DNA of 64,000 nt from positions 1 to 64,000 of the forward strand of contig MU057991.1 of NCBI GenBank assembly GCA_013265495.1. The letters are read 5' to 3'. The notes under the pieces are model-generated. The model searched no databases and was not told the DNA's origin. It was given only the letters and a program-made list of their open reading frames with translations. Each line of letters opens with the position of its first letter. The stretch's first letter is position 1. Positions 39,985-53,569 of the stretch are shown here, piece after piece. The stretch is from Vicugna vicugna (lineage: Eukaryota). The position numbers and the translations under genes are program-made.

Positions 39985-42900
39985 GCACCGCCAGAAATCC
40001 CCCTGCGCCTTCTGCTTCTCTTCTCTCTCTGCCTGTTCCTGAATTTCATTCTAGCGTTGCGGTTACCAAGCTGATAAGGCTAATTTGTTTTTTAAGATAA
40101 TTAGGTTTCTGCTGTAGCTCTGTGGACATTTTGACTCTGGCCTGATTGAGTTATTTATCCAAATTCTCTCTCTCTCTCTCTCTCTCTGCCCTCTCCCTTT
40201 GTTGAGGTTTTTGATTTCTTTAATTTGTCATTTTACCAGTGCTGAACTGGAAGACTGCATGTGTATAAATGTACAAACAAAATATATTCTCCTTACTTTT
40301 GAATGAAAATTCCCTTGGGAAGCTGAGCGGAGAAGCAACACGTTATTCAAACCTCTCCCCTGTTGTTTATTCTTTCTACCTACCCTGCGCTTGACCACCT
40401 TTCTTTCCTGTCTCCAGGCTGTCCTTTCAAAGGCTTTTAATTAAAATGTGCCTTCCTTGTACTTCGGTTCTGGGCTCACAAGACGTCTCCTTGTAGCAAC
40501 AGTGTGATTTAAAAATCGCAGTGGCCACGTGGCCTCGCCAGGCCCCTTCCTGTGCTTTTCCTTCATTCCTGTCTTGAGTTCTGAGAGGGCTTGCCCATTC
40601 AGCCCCTGCCTGCGGTGGGCAGGCGAGGTGAGAGATGGGGGTGGTCTGCCGGGGAGCGGGTGCCCGCCAGCCTCGCAGGGCTGCACGGATCAGGGGAGGC
40701 AGATGTCTTTCCTCCCATTTGTTCAGAGTCCAGGGAGCACTGCACACCGTGGGGGGCTGTCAGAGAAGGGTCTCGATGCAGCATCACATCCGGGGGCACT
40801 TGGATGTCCTGTAGCTGCTGGAAACCCTCGTCCGGTGGCTGGAGCGCTGATGGGTCCCGTGCTCCGTGCGGCACCTGGGTGGTTCTGGCTCACCTGCGCT
40901 CACCAGCAGATCCCTTGGCCTCTTGGTTCTCTTGGTACAAGGGAGCCATGGGAGCAGCAACTCCCACGAGTGTAGATACAGCCCTGCATGACTGTAATGT
41001 CTGTGTCATCAGTAATGGTTGCCATTTCCTTGTGGCTGGGAGAGGGTCCGTGGCTCTGTGTGCAGAGAGGACCAGGTGGGACCTCTGCCTTTAGGGGTGG
41101 GGATGCTGCCCTACAGAGGTCGGGGCGCTGGCCGAGCTGCTCTCGCTGTGGGGTGGGCTCTGGATGGCTCCGAGGGGCCCTTCGCAGCTTGTATCCAGTA
41201 TCCAGAGGTGCCTGGGCGGGCACCACCACGGCCAGAATCGACCCGGTGTGGGCAGTGGGGGCCTCTCAGATCAGGGGCACTGTTCCTGCCGTCTGCGAGA
41301 GATGCCGTGTCTGCTGAGATTTACAGCCCGAGGTCACCCACCCACAGCTGCCGTCCACACGCGCCCACGAGAGCAGAGGTGGGAGACCGCCTGGGAGGCA
41401 GAATCGGGGGAAGGTGGTGGGTGTCGAGTCTGTGCTGGGCACGTGGACTTGCGTGAGTCTCCAAGTGTGGGGGACCCGGGGCCTCAGGGCCTTTGGGGAA
41501 GCTGACGGCGGTGGGAGGCCCTCACGCCCGGGCCCTCCCTCCAGCCGTCCCCGGGAGCCACCCATGTTTCCAGGTCTTCCTCAGAGCAGAGAACGGCCCT
41601 GAGCTTTCCCAGGCTAGCTGAGGCGGGGCCGCCCGCTGGGTCAAGCAAGTGGCGAGGGAATTAATGAGTACAAAGGCTAAGAATCGCTGGCATTCTTGAG
41701 CGCTGACTGTGTGCAGTGGGCTTCCCTGTGCTCTTTAGTAATGGCTCGCCGTGGTGGCCCCCTGCAGGCTTGGAGAAAGAGAGTGACTCACTGCCATTCT
41801 TTGATGATGGGGCTTGTTTCAGGGACCTGATGTCGAGAGAACCTTCTCGAGTCCTGCTCTGCCGTCAGATTGCTGTGTGACCCTGGGTAAATCTCCTAAC
41901 CTCTCTGGGCCCCAGTGTCTTGGGCTCGATCATCTCCAAGGTCGCATCCTGCTTATTCTATGGCAGCCCCTGGCTGGCTGCGCCGCGTCATTTAGAGCCT
42001 GGAGAACAAAAAGATGAAAAACCAGAGCAGGCTTGTGTGTTGAACCAGAGGCGAGGGTGCAGATGTGAGATGGATTTTCGCGTGTTAAGGGTCCAACCTG
42101 CTTGCCAAGTACAGAGTAACCCCCTAATATTTCCTCTCTAAGCAGTGAGTCATCCTTCTTCTGCGGGTTCTTGGTACAGACACAGCAGTGAGGAGAGGAT
42201 GCTAGCCACACAGTCGGGTTGTGGACTGGGTCTAGGAGCCTGGGACCACTCGCTGTTCCGGATTTTGAGGTTCCTAAGATGTCTCATGGAGCTTTGTGAC
42301 AGTCAGGTGCCTGGAGGTTTATTCCAACAGTGACTTTTTCCGTCTGATTTTAAACAAGCCAGAGAAAGCTGGTGATTTAAATGTGTGTGTTTCCTGTTTT
42401 GTATGAACAGAGATGGATCTGGTAATTCCTTCCAGAAAATTCAGGGCATGTTAGAAATTGATTCGATCTGCTTAGCTGGACACCAGTGATTTAAAAACTT
42501 GACCCAGGGGCCCTCGGTAGAGCTGGCAGGTGCGAAGGGACCCAGAGGGGGTCTTTGATTTACCTTTATTCTTTTAGAATACGAAGGAAACCTTGAGACC
42601 ATTCCTACCTTGTTTTACAAGTGAAATAACTCCACCTGGGCCCGTGGTGTCTTCAGGAAGACACTCAGTCACCCCTCTGGCCACCACGTGGATGGAACAG
42701 AGCTGCAGGGCATTTGGGTTCTGGGTGGCGCGCTTGCTCGCTCCTGTTAGCTTTTCCTTTAGATCTAACTACCGCCGGAGGAGAGAATGTGGGGAACCTC
42801 TCCGAATCAGTGCGGCTGAGACTTGGACTCATTCCACAACTGCCCGGCTCAGAGGGCAGAAGGAACTGGGTTACTCCCATCCCCCCGGTGTGTTGTCTCG

Positions 42901-43066
42901 CCGGGTGCATATCTCTGCTGTGGATCATTAATGCTGTGACTAGGCGCAGTGTTTGCAGGGGTCAGGTCAAGATCCCAGACACGGCCCCCACCCGCCTGCT
43001 GGAGGCGGAGGGGCCAAGGTTGGTCCAGGGGGCCTGCGACCGGCAGGAGGCTCTTTGGTGACCTGG

Positions 43067-43126
43067 GGCCGGATGGAGAGCACCCTCCGTGCCGGCCAGA
43101 TGGAGAGCACCCTCCATGCCGGCCAG
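43067..43126. repeat. 27-bp tandem duplication (ggccRgatggagagcaccctccRtgcc) x2.2
   Basis: Units at 43067-43093 and 43094-43120. Confidence 0.85.
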
Positions 43127-43334
43127 CAGACCCCATGCGCCCAGCTCCCCCCAGCAGCTTGGGAAGCCTGAGGTGTAAGCAAGGTGGACAAGGTGGGGGG
43201 CAGTGGGGCAGGGCAGGGGGCGTCCTCCACGGTTGGCGGTGGAGCAGCTGAGCACAACCTTTGGTGGCAGGCCGGGGAGGAGAGGTGTCTAGTCTGGGGA
43301 CAGATGGTCTAAAGAACTTTCCTTCTCCCTCATT

Positions 43335-43978
43335 CCTTTTTTTTACATTTTTTTTTTGTTGAGTTATAGTCAGTTTACAATGTTGTATCAATTTCCAGTT
43401 TAGAGCACAATTTTTCAGTCATACACAAACATACATATATTCATTGTCACATTCTTTTTCGCCGTGAGCTGCCACAAGATCTTGTATATATTTCCCTGTG
43501 CTGTACAGGATAATCTTGTTTATCTATTCTATATATACCTGTCAGTGTCTACCAATCTCGAAGTTCCAGTCTATCCCTTCCCACCTCTCTCCCCCCTGGC
43601 AACCACAAGTTTGTATTCTGTGTCTATGAGTCTGTTTCTGTTTTGTATTTATGTTCTTTTTCTTGTTTTTTTGGTTTAGATTCCACATATGAGTGATCGC
43701 ATATGGTATTTTTCTTTCTCTTTCTGGCTTACTTCAGTTAGAATGACATTCTCCAGGAGCATCCGTGTTGCTGCAAATGGCGTTGTGTTGACTTTTTATG
43801 GCTGAGTAGTATTCCATTGCATAAATGTACCACATCTTCTTTATCCAGTCATCTGTCGATGGACATTTAGGCTGTTTCCATGTCTTGGCTGTTGTAAATA
43901 GTGCTGCTGTGAACACTGGGGTGCAGGTGCCTTTTTGAAGTAGGGGTCCTCCTGGATACAAACCCAGGGGTGGGATTC
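43335..43978 (-). mobile_element. L1 3' end
   Basis: ORF 43734..43961 has [44 protein letters not shown], followed by the shared 3'UTR. Confidence 0.9.
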
Positions 43979-44100
43979 TGATCTTTTATTCTTGCTGCAC
44001 TTCTTACTGAAGACTCCTGATACAAGCTGGGGGCATTTTCGTGTCCTTAGAACAGGGAGGAAGATGTCACAGTGATTCTTCCTTTCAGATGTCGAGACCC

Positions 44101-44430
44101 CGCTGTGGTCTGAATATTTGGGTGCCCCCAAATTCACATGCTGACTCCTACCCCAAAGGTGATGGTATTCGAAATTGCTTAAGTCATGCGGGTGGACCTT
44201 CTCACACGGGATTAATGCTCTTGGGAAAGCGCCTCCAGAGAGCTCCCTTGCCCCTCCGCCGCGGGAGGGCCCACGAGGAGGCTGTTCCCCCAGAAGCGGC
44301 CTCGCCGAAACATGACCGTGAGCTTGATCTTGGACTCCCCAGCTCCCAAACTGTGAGAAATAAATGTGTGTTGTTTGCAAGCCACCCAGTCAGGGGAGTT
44401 CTGTTTCAGCAGCCTGAACAGACTGAGACA
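44101..44430 (+). mobile_element. MaLR solo LTR (MLT1A-like)
   Basis: Starts gctgtggtctgaatatttgggtgcccccaaattcacatg, has gatcttggactcccagctcccaaactgtgagaaataaa, and ends gcagcctgaacagactgagaca. Confidence 0.8.
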
Positions 44431-47400
44431 ACCTCTGAAATGTCATGTTTCTATATATATTCTGTAACTTGGTTTTTTTTTCCCATCAAGTGCGTATTAT
44501 AAATATTCTTCTAAATCAGCATCCACAGCATCCCCATTGTAACTCCCAGTGACCCAGCAGTCCCCAGGGAGGCACTGCGATTCATCTACATGTTTCCTTA
44601 CAATCATCATGCATTCAGGTAGCGCCACCTCTGTGTCTACTGTTGAAGGTCCACACTCCCTAATCTGTTGTTCTACAATGCCAAGCAGTGCTCATCAACA
44701 AATTTTTTTTTAAAATAATTCCCTTGGTAGGGAGATTGGACTTGAACACCACGGGGCTATTTTTATCTCATTAAAATTCCACTTAGTATGATGTGTTAAA
44801 AGATGAACGGAGGCATGTTCGATTTTTTAAGAGTTCGTTTGAGCAAAAAGCATCCATTCAAGATTGACAGCACCATCCGGTGGCGGGGGTGGGGGTGGGA
44901 GGGGGTGACGAGGACCCTTCTGCCGACCGACCGGAGCTGGGGGCGGGGTGTTTACAGGGATGCAGACAAGGAAGCGATCTGACTGGCTTAAGCGGCTGCC
45001 TGATTTGGAAAACCGAGTTGGCTGCAGGTCATTGGTTTCCTTCCTCACCTCGAGGCATTTACAGGAATCCACTCTGGGCTGGGTTTCAGTTCCCTTACGA
45101 GGCATCGAGCCCCTTGGAGCCACGTCAGGCTAACGCAGCCTCCTGGTTTGTGCATTTCAGGGCAGGTTCGGCTGGCAGCGATGTGTCCCACGTGGTGTTA
45201 CTTATCTCACAATTCATGAACCCAGACCATTCTGGGTCTCTACAAATCTGACCCCAGTAGTTTGGGGGAAGGATCCCGGTGTGCCCCAGGACTGAACTAA
45301 ACATGTCGTAGAACTTACTTTGTCACGAGATGAATTTGCAGAAACAGAATTGCCGGCGCAAAGGTCATGCTAATTTTATATTCGAATAAATGCTGTTGGT
45401 TCCCCAAAGGTTGTCCAGATACAATCAGCCATCAGGGCGTCATGGCAGCTGCTTCCGACCACCCTCACCAGCGCTGGGTGTCATGCTGTCATCAGGGGAC
45501 AGTTTGCACCCTGAGTTCTAGGTCACGTGCACGGTCACCGTAGGGAGTGTCTGCAGCAAATCACTCCTGCTGAAGGCGAAACACTTAACGGTGTGCCGGG
45601 AGCCATGGTGAGCACCCGGGCTGTGCATGAAGGGATGGGCGAGTGTTGCTCTTAAGCTCACGGTCTGGCAGAGGACAGATGCCTTTAACAATGAACGAAA
45701 ATATTGTGCATGGTCAGGGCTGCAGAAATGGGGACCCAGCCAGGGGAGGATCGTGTCCCGGAGGGGGTGGTGTTGGGAAAGACCCCACAGAGCTGAACTC
45801 TGAAGGGCGAGGAGCAGGCTCAGAGGCGCCAGTGAGGTACGGAGGTGCTTGCACATTTGGGGAAGTACAAGGCTTCAACTGGGGCTGCCTTGGAGGTGGC
45901 AGGGGATGAGGTGGGGGGAGGCTGAGGCTCACTTAGAAGGGTCTTGAATGGCCCTCTGAGGAGCTGAGGCTCCCTTGTGCACAAGGCAGGGGAGCAGCCT
46001 GGCCCGTCAGAAGGCTGCCTGGACAGTGATGGGCTGGGGTCGAGCCTGGAGCTGAGGAAGTTGCTTTGCAGGGGGCACAGCGTGGAGGGTCTGACTCTTT
46101 CAGTGCAGATGGGGCCAAGAAGCAAGGTTCTGGACTCAGGCGTATCTCCCAGAAGAATGGATGCAGGGTGGAGGGAGCCATTAAAGCAGAGCTCTCTGGT
46201 TGGACAGACCATGAGAGAACCCACGAAGAGGGCGGGTTCAGGGAGGGGTTTAGCAGAAGAGGGAGGGCAGGACATTGAGTCTGACATTCCAAGAACATTC
46301 CAGAACATCCAAGCAGTGAGAGCTTTGCTTTTGGAGCTCAGGAGGGTGCAGGTCGACGAGGTCTAAGCATGCACGTGATAGTTACCAAGTCAACTGAAAG
46401 TCGAGCTGAGAAAGTCAGCCACGTGTCCACCCGAATCCACCTTTCTAGACTTTTGAGCGAATGGGCACTTGAACGTCTGCTTGCCAGGGCTCATGGCCAA
46501 GTTCATGGTTCCATGTGTACTTGCCACGCTTGTGTTATTTCGGTGAAATGAGATTTATTATCGGATTTCAGTTCTACAGGGTCATAGAAGGACTTCTGTT
46601 TTACCATTTCCCGTAGGACCTCCCTGGCCAGAATTTATCTTTTAATCGGAGACTTGGTCAGCCCCAAAGTCTAGAAGGAAAAGATCCTTGTTTTCCAGAA
46701 TAGAGTTGACTAGAACTGATATTCAGTGATCAGCAATTTACCCGAAGGAGAAAAGTGGAGAAACCCTTAGAAACACGAGGGTGGAGCTTCAGGCTCCGAA
46801 GCCAGCAGAGGTCGGCAATTGTGCGAAAGTCCGTCTTACCTCGTCCCCCCACCTCCGCTCTGGGTGCAGCTGGCTTGGAGGCAGCAGCTGATCAGAGGTT
46901 AAAACGGCAAGGAAATGAGCCCTTTCTAACCTATGTGGTCTTTTAATTTTAAGGCTTACAATAAGCATTTGTAATGCCTTCTCCCTGGAAGACGCGGAGG
47001 TAAAATTTTCCCAGGCAAACCCCACGTGCCACCGATAAGGACAACCAGTTTCAATTTGATCAAGTTTGAGGATTTTTTTGGTAAAAGACGTGTCTCTGGA
47101 GGAATGCCTCGCAGGGGGTCTGTCCCCGCCACCCTCCAAGTCTCGAGGTCAGGTCTCGTCAGAGCCCCTGCGGTCCCCTCTTCAGAGCCCAGAGATGTGT
47201 GGCTTTGCCACGAGACGATGAAAGGTCGTCAGAATATAACCATCTGTCTTCCCAGACCCAGGGCACATCCCCGCCTGTCAGGGAAGTCAGATCAGACCAG
47301 GAAGGGAAAGATTCTGACGGGAGAATCGCCGGCTAAAGTGGCAGAAAGAACGAACCACCAGTTCACCCTCAGGTCTGTGAAGTTTTTGACTCGACGGCCA

Positions 47401-49299
47401 GGCACGTATGAGGGCTGAAACCTGTGACTGGAGGGGTGAAAGTTCTTTTGACAGAAGAGTGGAAACTTACCAGAGTATGTCCGTTACTCATTTGTGATGA
47501 CGGCACCGTGGGTTTGTATGTGTCCAAACTCAGCAACTTTGTACGTCTGGACTATGTACAGTTCTTTGTGTATCAATTTTACTTCAGTACAACTGTTTTT
47601 TTTTAAAACTGATCAGAAACCCCAGAACCCCGCCCCTTCCCCTGCGATGGGTCCCAGGAGAGGAGTGACAGACAAGAGCGTGCCACCCGCAGGGCGCTGG
47701 CTCTCAGCCTGGCTGTGCCCTAGACTCGCCTGAGGAGTGACTTCCAACCAGCAGGCACGGGCGGATCTTAACTCCCATGCCAGTAACTGGGATGGGAGGC
47801 GGTGTTGAGCAGCCACTGCTTTCACAGTGACCATCTGAAGCTGCAGGGCTCCTCCTGGGCCGCCTCCTTTCCTGTTGATGGAAAGGGTCCTGCAGGGGAG
47901 GGCTTACGGCTGCTTCATTCAAATAGAGGACTTCCCCATCTTTCCCATGGCAGCTGGAGCTCCGGTTGCCATGTTCTGCCGTAATAAGGCTAAAAATAAA
48001 CAGATACTTTAAATGGAATTGAGAAGCTTGTTATCAGGAAAGTGGAGTTGGTGGTGAGTAATAGATAGTGTGGGAAAGAGATGGCTCTGACTCATTGATG
48101 TCTTTCAGGGAATTAACGGGAACCCTGAAGCGTCATGGGGACCGCAGACGGCCTGGTTTGGGAGGGAGCCGAGGCTGGAATGCCCAGGCCATCATGTGCT
48201 AAGGAAGCAAGCAGTCGCCCAGGCTGAGCTTTCAACAGGGCTCTTGCGAAAGATGAGAAGTGAGTGGTCCCCCAGGGCAGCGGCGCAGGCACCTCCGCGA
48301 ATCACCCAGAAGGAATTGTTAAACGGGTTGTTGCCATTCGGGCTTGCCTGCTAACGTCCTGTGAGGTTGGGCGCGGTTTCCCAGTGGGACCACAAGGCTG
48401 GGAGATCTGCGACCCGGCTTGTGCCTGAGCTGCGTGGAGGACCTTTAACAGCATCTCAGTCCGTGTCTGATAAGATAGGGAATTCCAGGCTAAACAAACA
48501 GGCCGGCTAGGCCGACTCGTGACTGGCCAACAGCTGGACCCGCACAAGTAGAATCAATGAGAAAGCAGCACGGAAGGAAGGTCTTCAATGGGATTCGCCG
48601 TCGGCTCCGTCATCAGTATGTTTTCAGGTTGTACGGAGAGAAGGTCTTACATCTAATCTTTTTTCCTTTTCCGTTTCCTTTCCTTCCTTCCCTCCCTCCC
48701 TTTCATCCTCCGTCTTTTAAAAATGAACACGCAAGTCACATACCGTAACGTTCAGTCGTGCTGTGTTTGTGCCCAGGCCGTGGGCTGATCGGGTTGGCTG
48801 ACACGTAGGACAGCTGAGCAGACACCTCGTGGGGGCCTGGGCCACGTGCCCGGGTTGGGATCCAGGAAATGCCCAATGCACCCAGCCCCTCCTCCCTCCC
48901 CGCCTGCACCGCCGGCTGCGTCCCCTCTGACAGTCCACGCAGCTCAGCCAGGACTCCGTTCTTGGGGTAGCCTCCTCTCTCTTTCTCTTCCATTGATCTT
49001 CTTCCTCCAGACACCCTGTGGGAATGTGGGGAGACCTCGGAGTCTGGCTTACGGCTTCAGGGTGTGAAAGAGTCCACTTTGTGTCCCGACCCAAGCCTCA
49101 TCCTCCTCCACCTGGCCTTGCCGTGGGGCGGCTGGACACTGCCACGCTGCCATCTGCCGTGGGGTCACTGCAGACGGGTGTGCTCGGCACTGCTGGATCC
49201 CAACAAAGCTTGACTCCCATCCTTCATTTTAAGCGGCAGAAAATGACAAGGAGTAGTGAACGCCTGGAGTGGCACAGTGAGGCTGCAGAAGCTCCGGAC

Positions 49300-49510
49300 T
49301 GGCTGGCGTAATGGGCCAGATTTCATGCATTTAATTTTTACTGTGGATAACTGTAGGATGCTATATTTAGGTCCCGAAGCCCTGCTGTACCGGCGCAGGA
49401 TGGGAAGACAGAATTTACTGCGAGAGCCTGGCAAGTTGGCGTTGACAGAGAGTTCGCTATGACTCAGCTGTCTATGGTTGCTGACGATGTTAGCACCGTG
49501 TGAGGCTGCA
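49300..49510 (+). mobile_element. Ancient CR1/L3 LINE fragment
   Basis: tttttactgtggataactgtaggatgctatatttagg...caggatggg...gttgacagagagttcgctatgactcagctgt resembles the recalled L3 ORF2 3' region. Confidence 0.45.
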
Positions 49511-49995
49511 GGCAGAGAGCGGAGGCATCCTTCCTGATGATGGGGAGCCAGGGTGGGACCCAAACGGGGCGTGCTTTTCCTGGAGAAGAGAGACCGGGAA
49601 ACCATGAGAACCACCCCCTCCAGGTGTTGAAGGGCTGGCTCGTGCTGTAACGGCCCCGTGAGGCGGGAATGGCATGGGGCGGGGGGAGCAGACGTGGACT
49701 GTGCGCGAGGAAGGATGCCCGTGGCCGTGGAAGGTGTGGGCGGCCCCAGGCGGGGAGGGACGTGGCCGTGGTGGCTTCCTCCATACGGGTGAGAAGGGGT
49801 AGAACCCGTCAGGCCCTTACGGGGAGACCTGCCAAGGGCATTCTGTGGGCCCGGGGTCCAGCCAACCTCTGCTCCATCCTTCGGAGTTTTCACCTCCCCT
49901 TTGGGGTTTTCTCTCATCTTGTGGGGCTGTGTTTAGTTTAGGAGCCCACTTTCTCACAGGTTAATTGCAAGTCTCAGATAACGGTGCACAGATAA

Positions 49996-50072
49996 AAGCA
50001 CACGGCAGATGCTTGAAGAAGGTTTCCTGAGTTAGCATCAGGAAGCCTTCTTCAAGCATCTGCCGTGTGCTT
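49996..50072 (+). other. 35-bp inverted repeat / hairpin (candidate pri-miRNA-like stem-loop)
   Basis: Arm aagcacacggcagatgcttgaagaaggtttcctga, loop gttagca, arm tcaggaagccttcttcaagcatctgccgtgtgctt. 34 Watson-Crick pairs plus 1 U.G wobble. The structure is certain; the function is not. Confidence 0.9.
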
Positions 50073-50146
50073 CGCCCTGCAGGAAAATGCATGTGACAAT
50101 AAAAGCTCTGTAAGAAGCAGGTCCAGGTGTCAGGACCCACGTGGTC

Positions 50147-50280
50147 GGGGAGGAAGGTGTAGCTCAGGGGTAGAGCATGTGCTTAGCAGGCACGAGGTCC
50201 TGAGTTCAATCCCCGGTACCTCCACTAAAAATAATAAATAAATCAAACTACGCCCCCCCAAAAAATAAAACTTAAAAAAT
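50147..50280 (+). mobile_element. tRNA-Ala-derived SINE (Vic-1-like)
   Basis: ggtgtagctcaggggtagagcatgtgcttagcaggcacgaggtcctgagttcaatcccc followed by an A-rich tail. Confidence 0.9.
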
Positions 50281-50694
50281 TCCATACAGTATATAATTGA
50301 GAAGATCAGACCTGCTGTCAAACTAAGAAACTTCGGACTACACAGGGGGAAAAATGTCCCGGCAGCTACTTAGAAGAGAGAATGCTCTGCTGACAGCTAG
50401 CCCAGCAGGTTGGGGGAGGATTGGCCCGTGCGTGAAGCGGGGTTGATGGAATTTCCTTAAAACCCTCAAGCTTTCCTGTTTCAGCCATGCTCTGTTCTTT
50501 ACCACCAAAAATGCTTCATCCGCCACGAACTCCATCCTCCGCCCTGAAGACTTGACTCATATTTTAGGTGCTTTGCTAGATGCCGAGATAATTTTTCATG
50601 AATCAGTTTAAATATAAATTACCATTTTACATCACATGACAAAAAAATCTACTTACCAACATTTTGCCATTTTTCTTTTTTTTTTTGGTATATA

Positions 50695-51740
50695 TATGTA
50701 TTTATTGAGGTATAGGCAATTTACAATGTTGTGTCAATTTCTGGTGCACAGCACAGTGCCTCAGTCATACATGAATACACATACGTTCATTTTCATATTC
50801 TTTTTCACCATAAGTTACTACAAGATATTGAATATAGTTCCCTGTGCTGTGCAGCAGAAACGTGCTGTTTATCCATTTTATATACATTAGTATCTGCAAA
50901 TCTCAGACTCCCAATTTATCCCTTCCTGCCCCATCCACCCCGTGGTAACCATAAGTTTGTTTTCTATGTCTGTGAGTCTGTTTCTGTTTTGTAAATAAGT
51001 TCATTTGTCTTTTTTTTTAGATTCCACATAGGAGTGATATCATTTGGTATTTTTCTTTCTCTTTCTGGCTTATTTCACTTAGAATGACAATCTCCAGGGA
51101 CATCCATGTTGCTGCAAATGGCATTGTTTCATTCTTGTTTATGGCTGAGTAGTATTCCATTGTATAAATATACCACAGCTTCTTTATCCGGTCATCTGTT
51201 GATGGACATTTAGTCTGTTTCCATGTCTTGGCTGTTGTAAATGGTGCAGGTGTCTCTTTGAATTAAGGTTCCCTCCAGGTATATGCCTAGGAGTAGGATT
51301 GCTGGATCATAGGGTGAGTCTATTTTTAGTTTTTTGAGGCATCTCCAGACTATTTTCCATAATGGCTGAACCAAACTGCATTCCCACCAGCAGTGTAGGA
51401 GGGTTCCCTTTTCTCCACAGCCTCTCCAGCATTTGTCATTCATGAACTGTTGAATGATGGCCATTCTGACTGGTGTGAGGTGACACCTCATTGTAGTTTT
51501 GACTTGCGTTTCTCTGATAATCAGCGATATTAAGCATTTCTTCATGTGCCTATTGACCATTCATGTGTCTTCACTGGAGAAATACTTGTTTAGGTCTTCT
51601 GCCCATTTTTGATTGGGTTGCTTGTTCTGTCACTATTAAGCTGTATGAGCTGTTTACATATATTCTGGAAAGTAAGCCCTTGTCAGTCTCAGCTTTTGCA
51701 AACATTTTCTCCCATTCCACAGGTTGTCTTTTTGTTTTCC
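50695..51740 (-). mobile_element. L1 3' portion (ORF2 cysteine-rich domain + 3'UTR)
   Basis: ORF 51210..51560 has [27 protein letters not shown]...[12 protein letters not shown], the L1 ORF2 CCHC region. Confidence 0.92.
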
Positions 51741-53569
51741 TTTGCAAAAGGCCATTTTTCTTTAATAGAAAGGCTTTGTCCGTTTATTAATGTCGGACCC
51801 TCCCTGACCTGATACGCTGTCTTTCTCTGTGCTTTAGATTTGTCTGACTCAGAGGCTAAGAATAAATGCATCTGGTGGTCAGACCACATCTCCCCTCCTG
51901 GACAGTGCTAAGCATGTCATGTGCTTACTCCTTAGGCTCCTGAAACTCCCTAAGGGACCTCTTGTCATCTGTGCCTTTAACCCCTGCTACGATGAATTTC
52001 TAACTCGTAACAGATACACTCCCAGACATGACCGTCCCCAGAACCACATCACCTGTCATTTCCTTGGGGGAGAACCCGCACACCCTGACTTTACCCCTGT
52101 GATGTTCTTCCTTACAAATTCACACCTGCTCAGACCATCCCATCCTCTGATCTTACCAGAAATTTGTGTTTGGATCCCGGAATACAGTGGCGAATACCTG
52201 GTTAACAGGGAGCAGTTCCAGGGGCCCCGTTCTGCTAGTGCACATGCTCTGTTCACCCTTCCGAAGCCGCTGTGTGTGTTTCAGAGCCCTAGACCTCTAG
52301 TTGGATGTGCTGGGAGTCGGTTTAGTTAAAATCAACGTCAGTTGCAGCCTGACATCTGGCGCACAGAGCAGCGTGAAGAGGAAGATTGCTTCCTGCTGTC
52401 TCCACCCGGACTCGTCCCGCCCGCAGCACAGCGAGGGTCGTGGGCTCAGTCAGGCTTCCGCTGGCCTTTGGGACATCAGAGCCACTTCAGGGCTTGAGCA
52501 CTGGGGCCGGGGACCTGGTGTGTCCCATGGTGAGTTATTTATTCGCTAGACTACCCACTCACATTGGCTGCTTTTGCTTCAGCTCGGTGTTCACACTTAA
52601 CTCTCTTTTTATAGTTGCTGCTGTTAGGAATGTCAGCAGGCGGTGCTCTTAGGGCCCCAGTTTGCCAGCAGGTTCATGGGGAGAAAGCAGCAGAGAGAAA
52701 GCGGGTGACGGTGACACCCCCACAGGTTGGAGCCAGGCTCCTTCAAGTGGCTGGCTCTCCCCAGCGTCCACGCCGGGAGCCGGGCCAGGACCACAGGTGA
52801 CACAGATGACCACAGTGCTGGGGGCGAACGCGTCTGCAGCTAAACGAAAGAGCATAAAAGGCAGTCTATTTTGAGGGGAAGAAAAGTACATAATCTGTTG
52901 ACAATGCATATTTCTGCTGGCCTTACAAATTTCGATCCCAAAAAGTGAGACAGAGTTGGGGTGCTTCAGTGTTGAATCTTGTCAACAGAGGCATTTGAAT
53001 GAGGAACTCACAGTCAGTACACTTCTAGCGTTTGCTCTCAGGCTGAGGTGTGTGTATAATTTGAGACAGGAGGCGCTAAGGATGTTTAAAAGCTCGTAGT
53101 GATTCTGGTCTCATGTGCTTCCTCTAACATGAGAATAGGATGCTGGGGGGCTTCCTTGTAAATGCGACACTGAAAGGGAGGCATTTAAATTTAAGCACAT
53201 TGAGCTCTTGAAAGACGACCCACTCACTAAATGTTATCCCCACCTGCTTTCCTCTTCTGTGCTAAGATCCCAGTTGCCGGACTGGGATGGACTCCAGGAA
53301 CCCTTCAGCCCCGCTGTGCCCGAGCCAGGAAGCTCTGGGTGTAGTCGGGGTCGGGGCTAACCCTCCAGGAAACATCGCGGTGACAAAAGGCGTAGGACAA
53401 TGGGAGAGAAGCTGAGCTGACTGTGAGGATCGCAGTCTCGTTTCTCCTAAGCTGCAGGTGTCTGCCATCTGTGTTCTCCGTCCTCTGCAGCCGCCTCCTG
53501 CCCTCATTCACAGGCTGTTCATAGGAGGTATATGAGCAGGGGCACTCCCACCGGAGAGGGTCTTCAAGA

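Noticed and set aside
51210..51560. Functional L1 ORF2 / active retrotransposon
   Set aside because: Only 5'-truncated C-terminal fragments with frameshifts and deletions are present. There is no intact ORF1 or ORF2 in the window.
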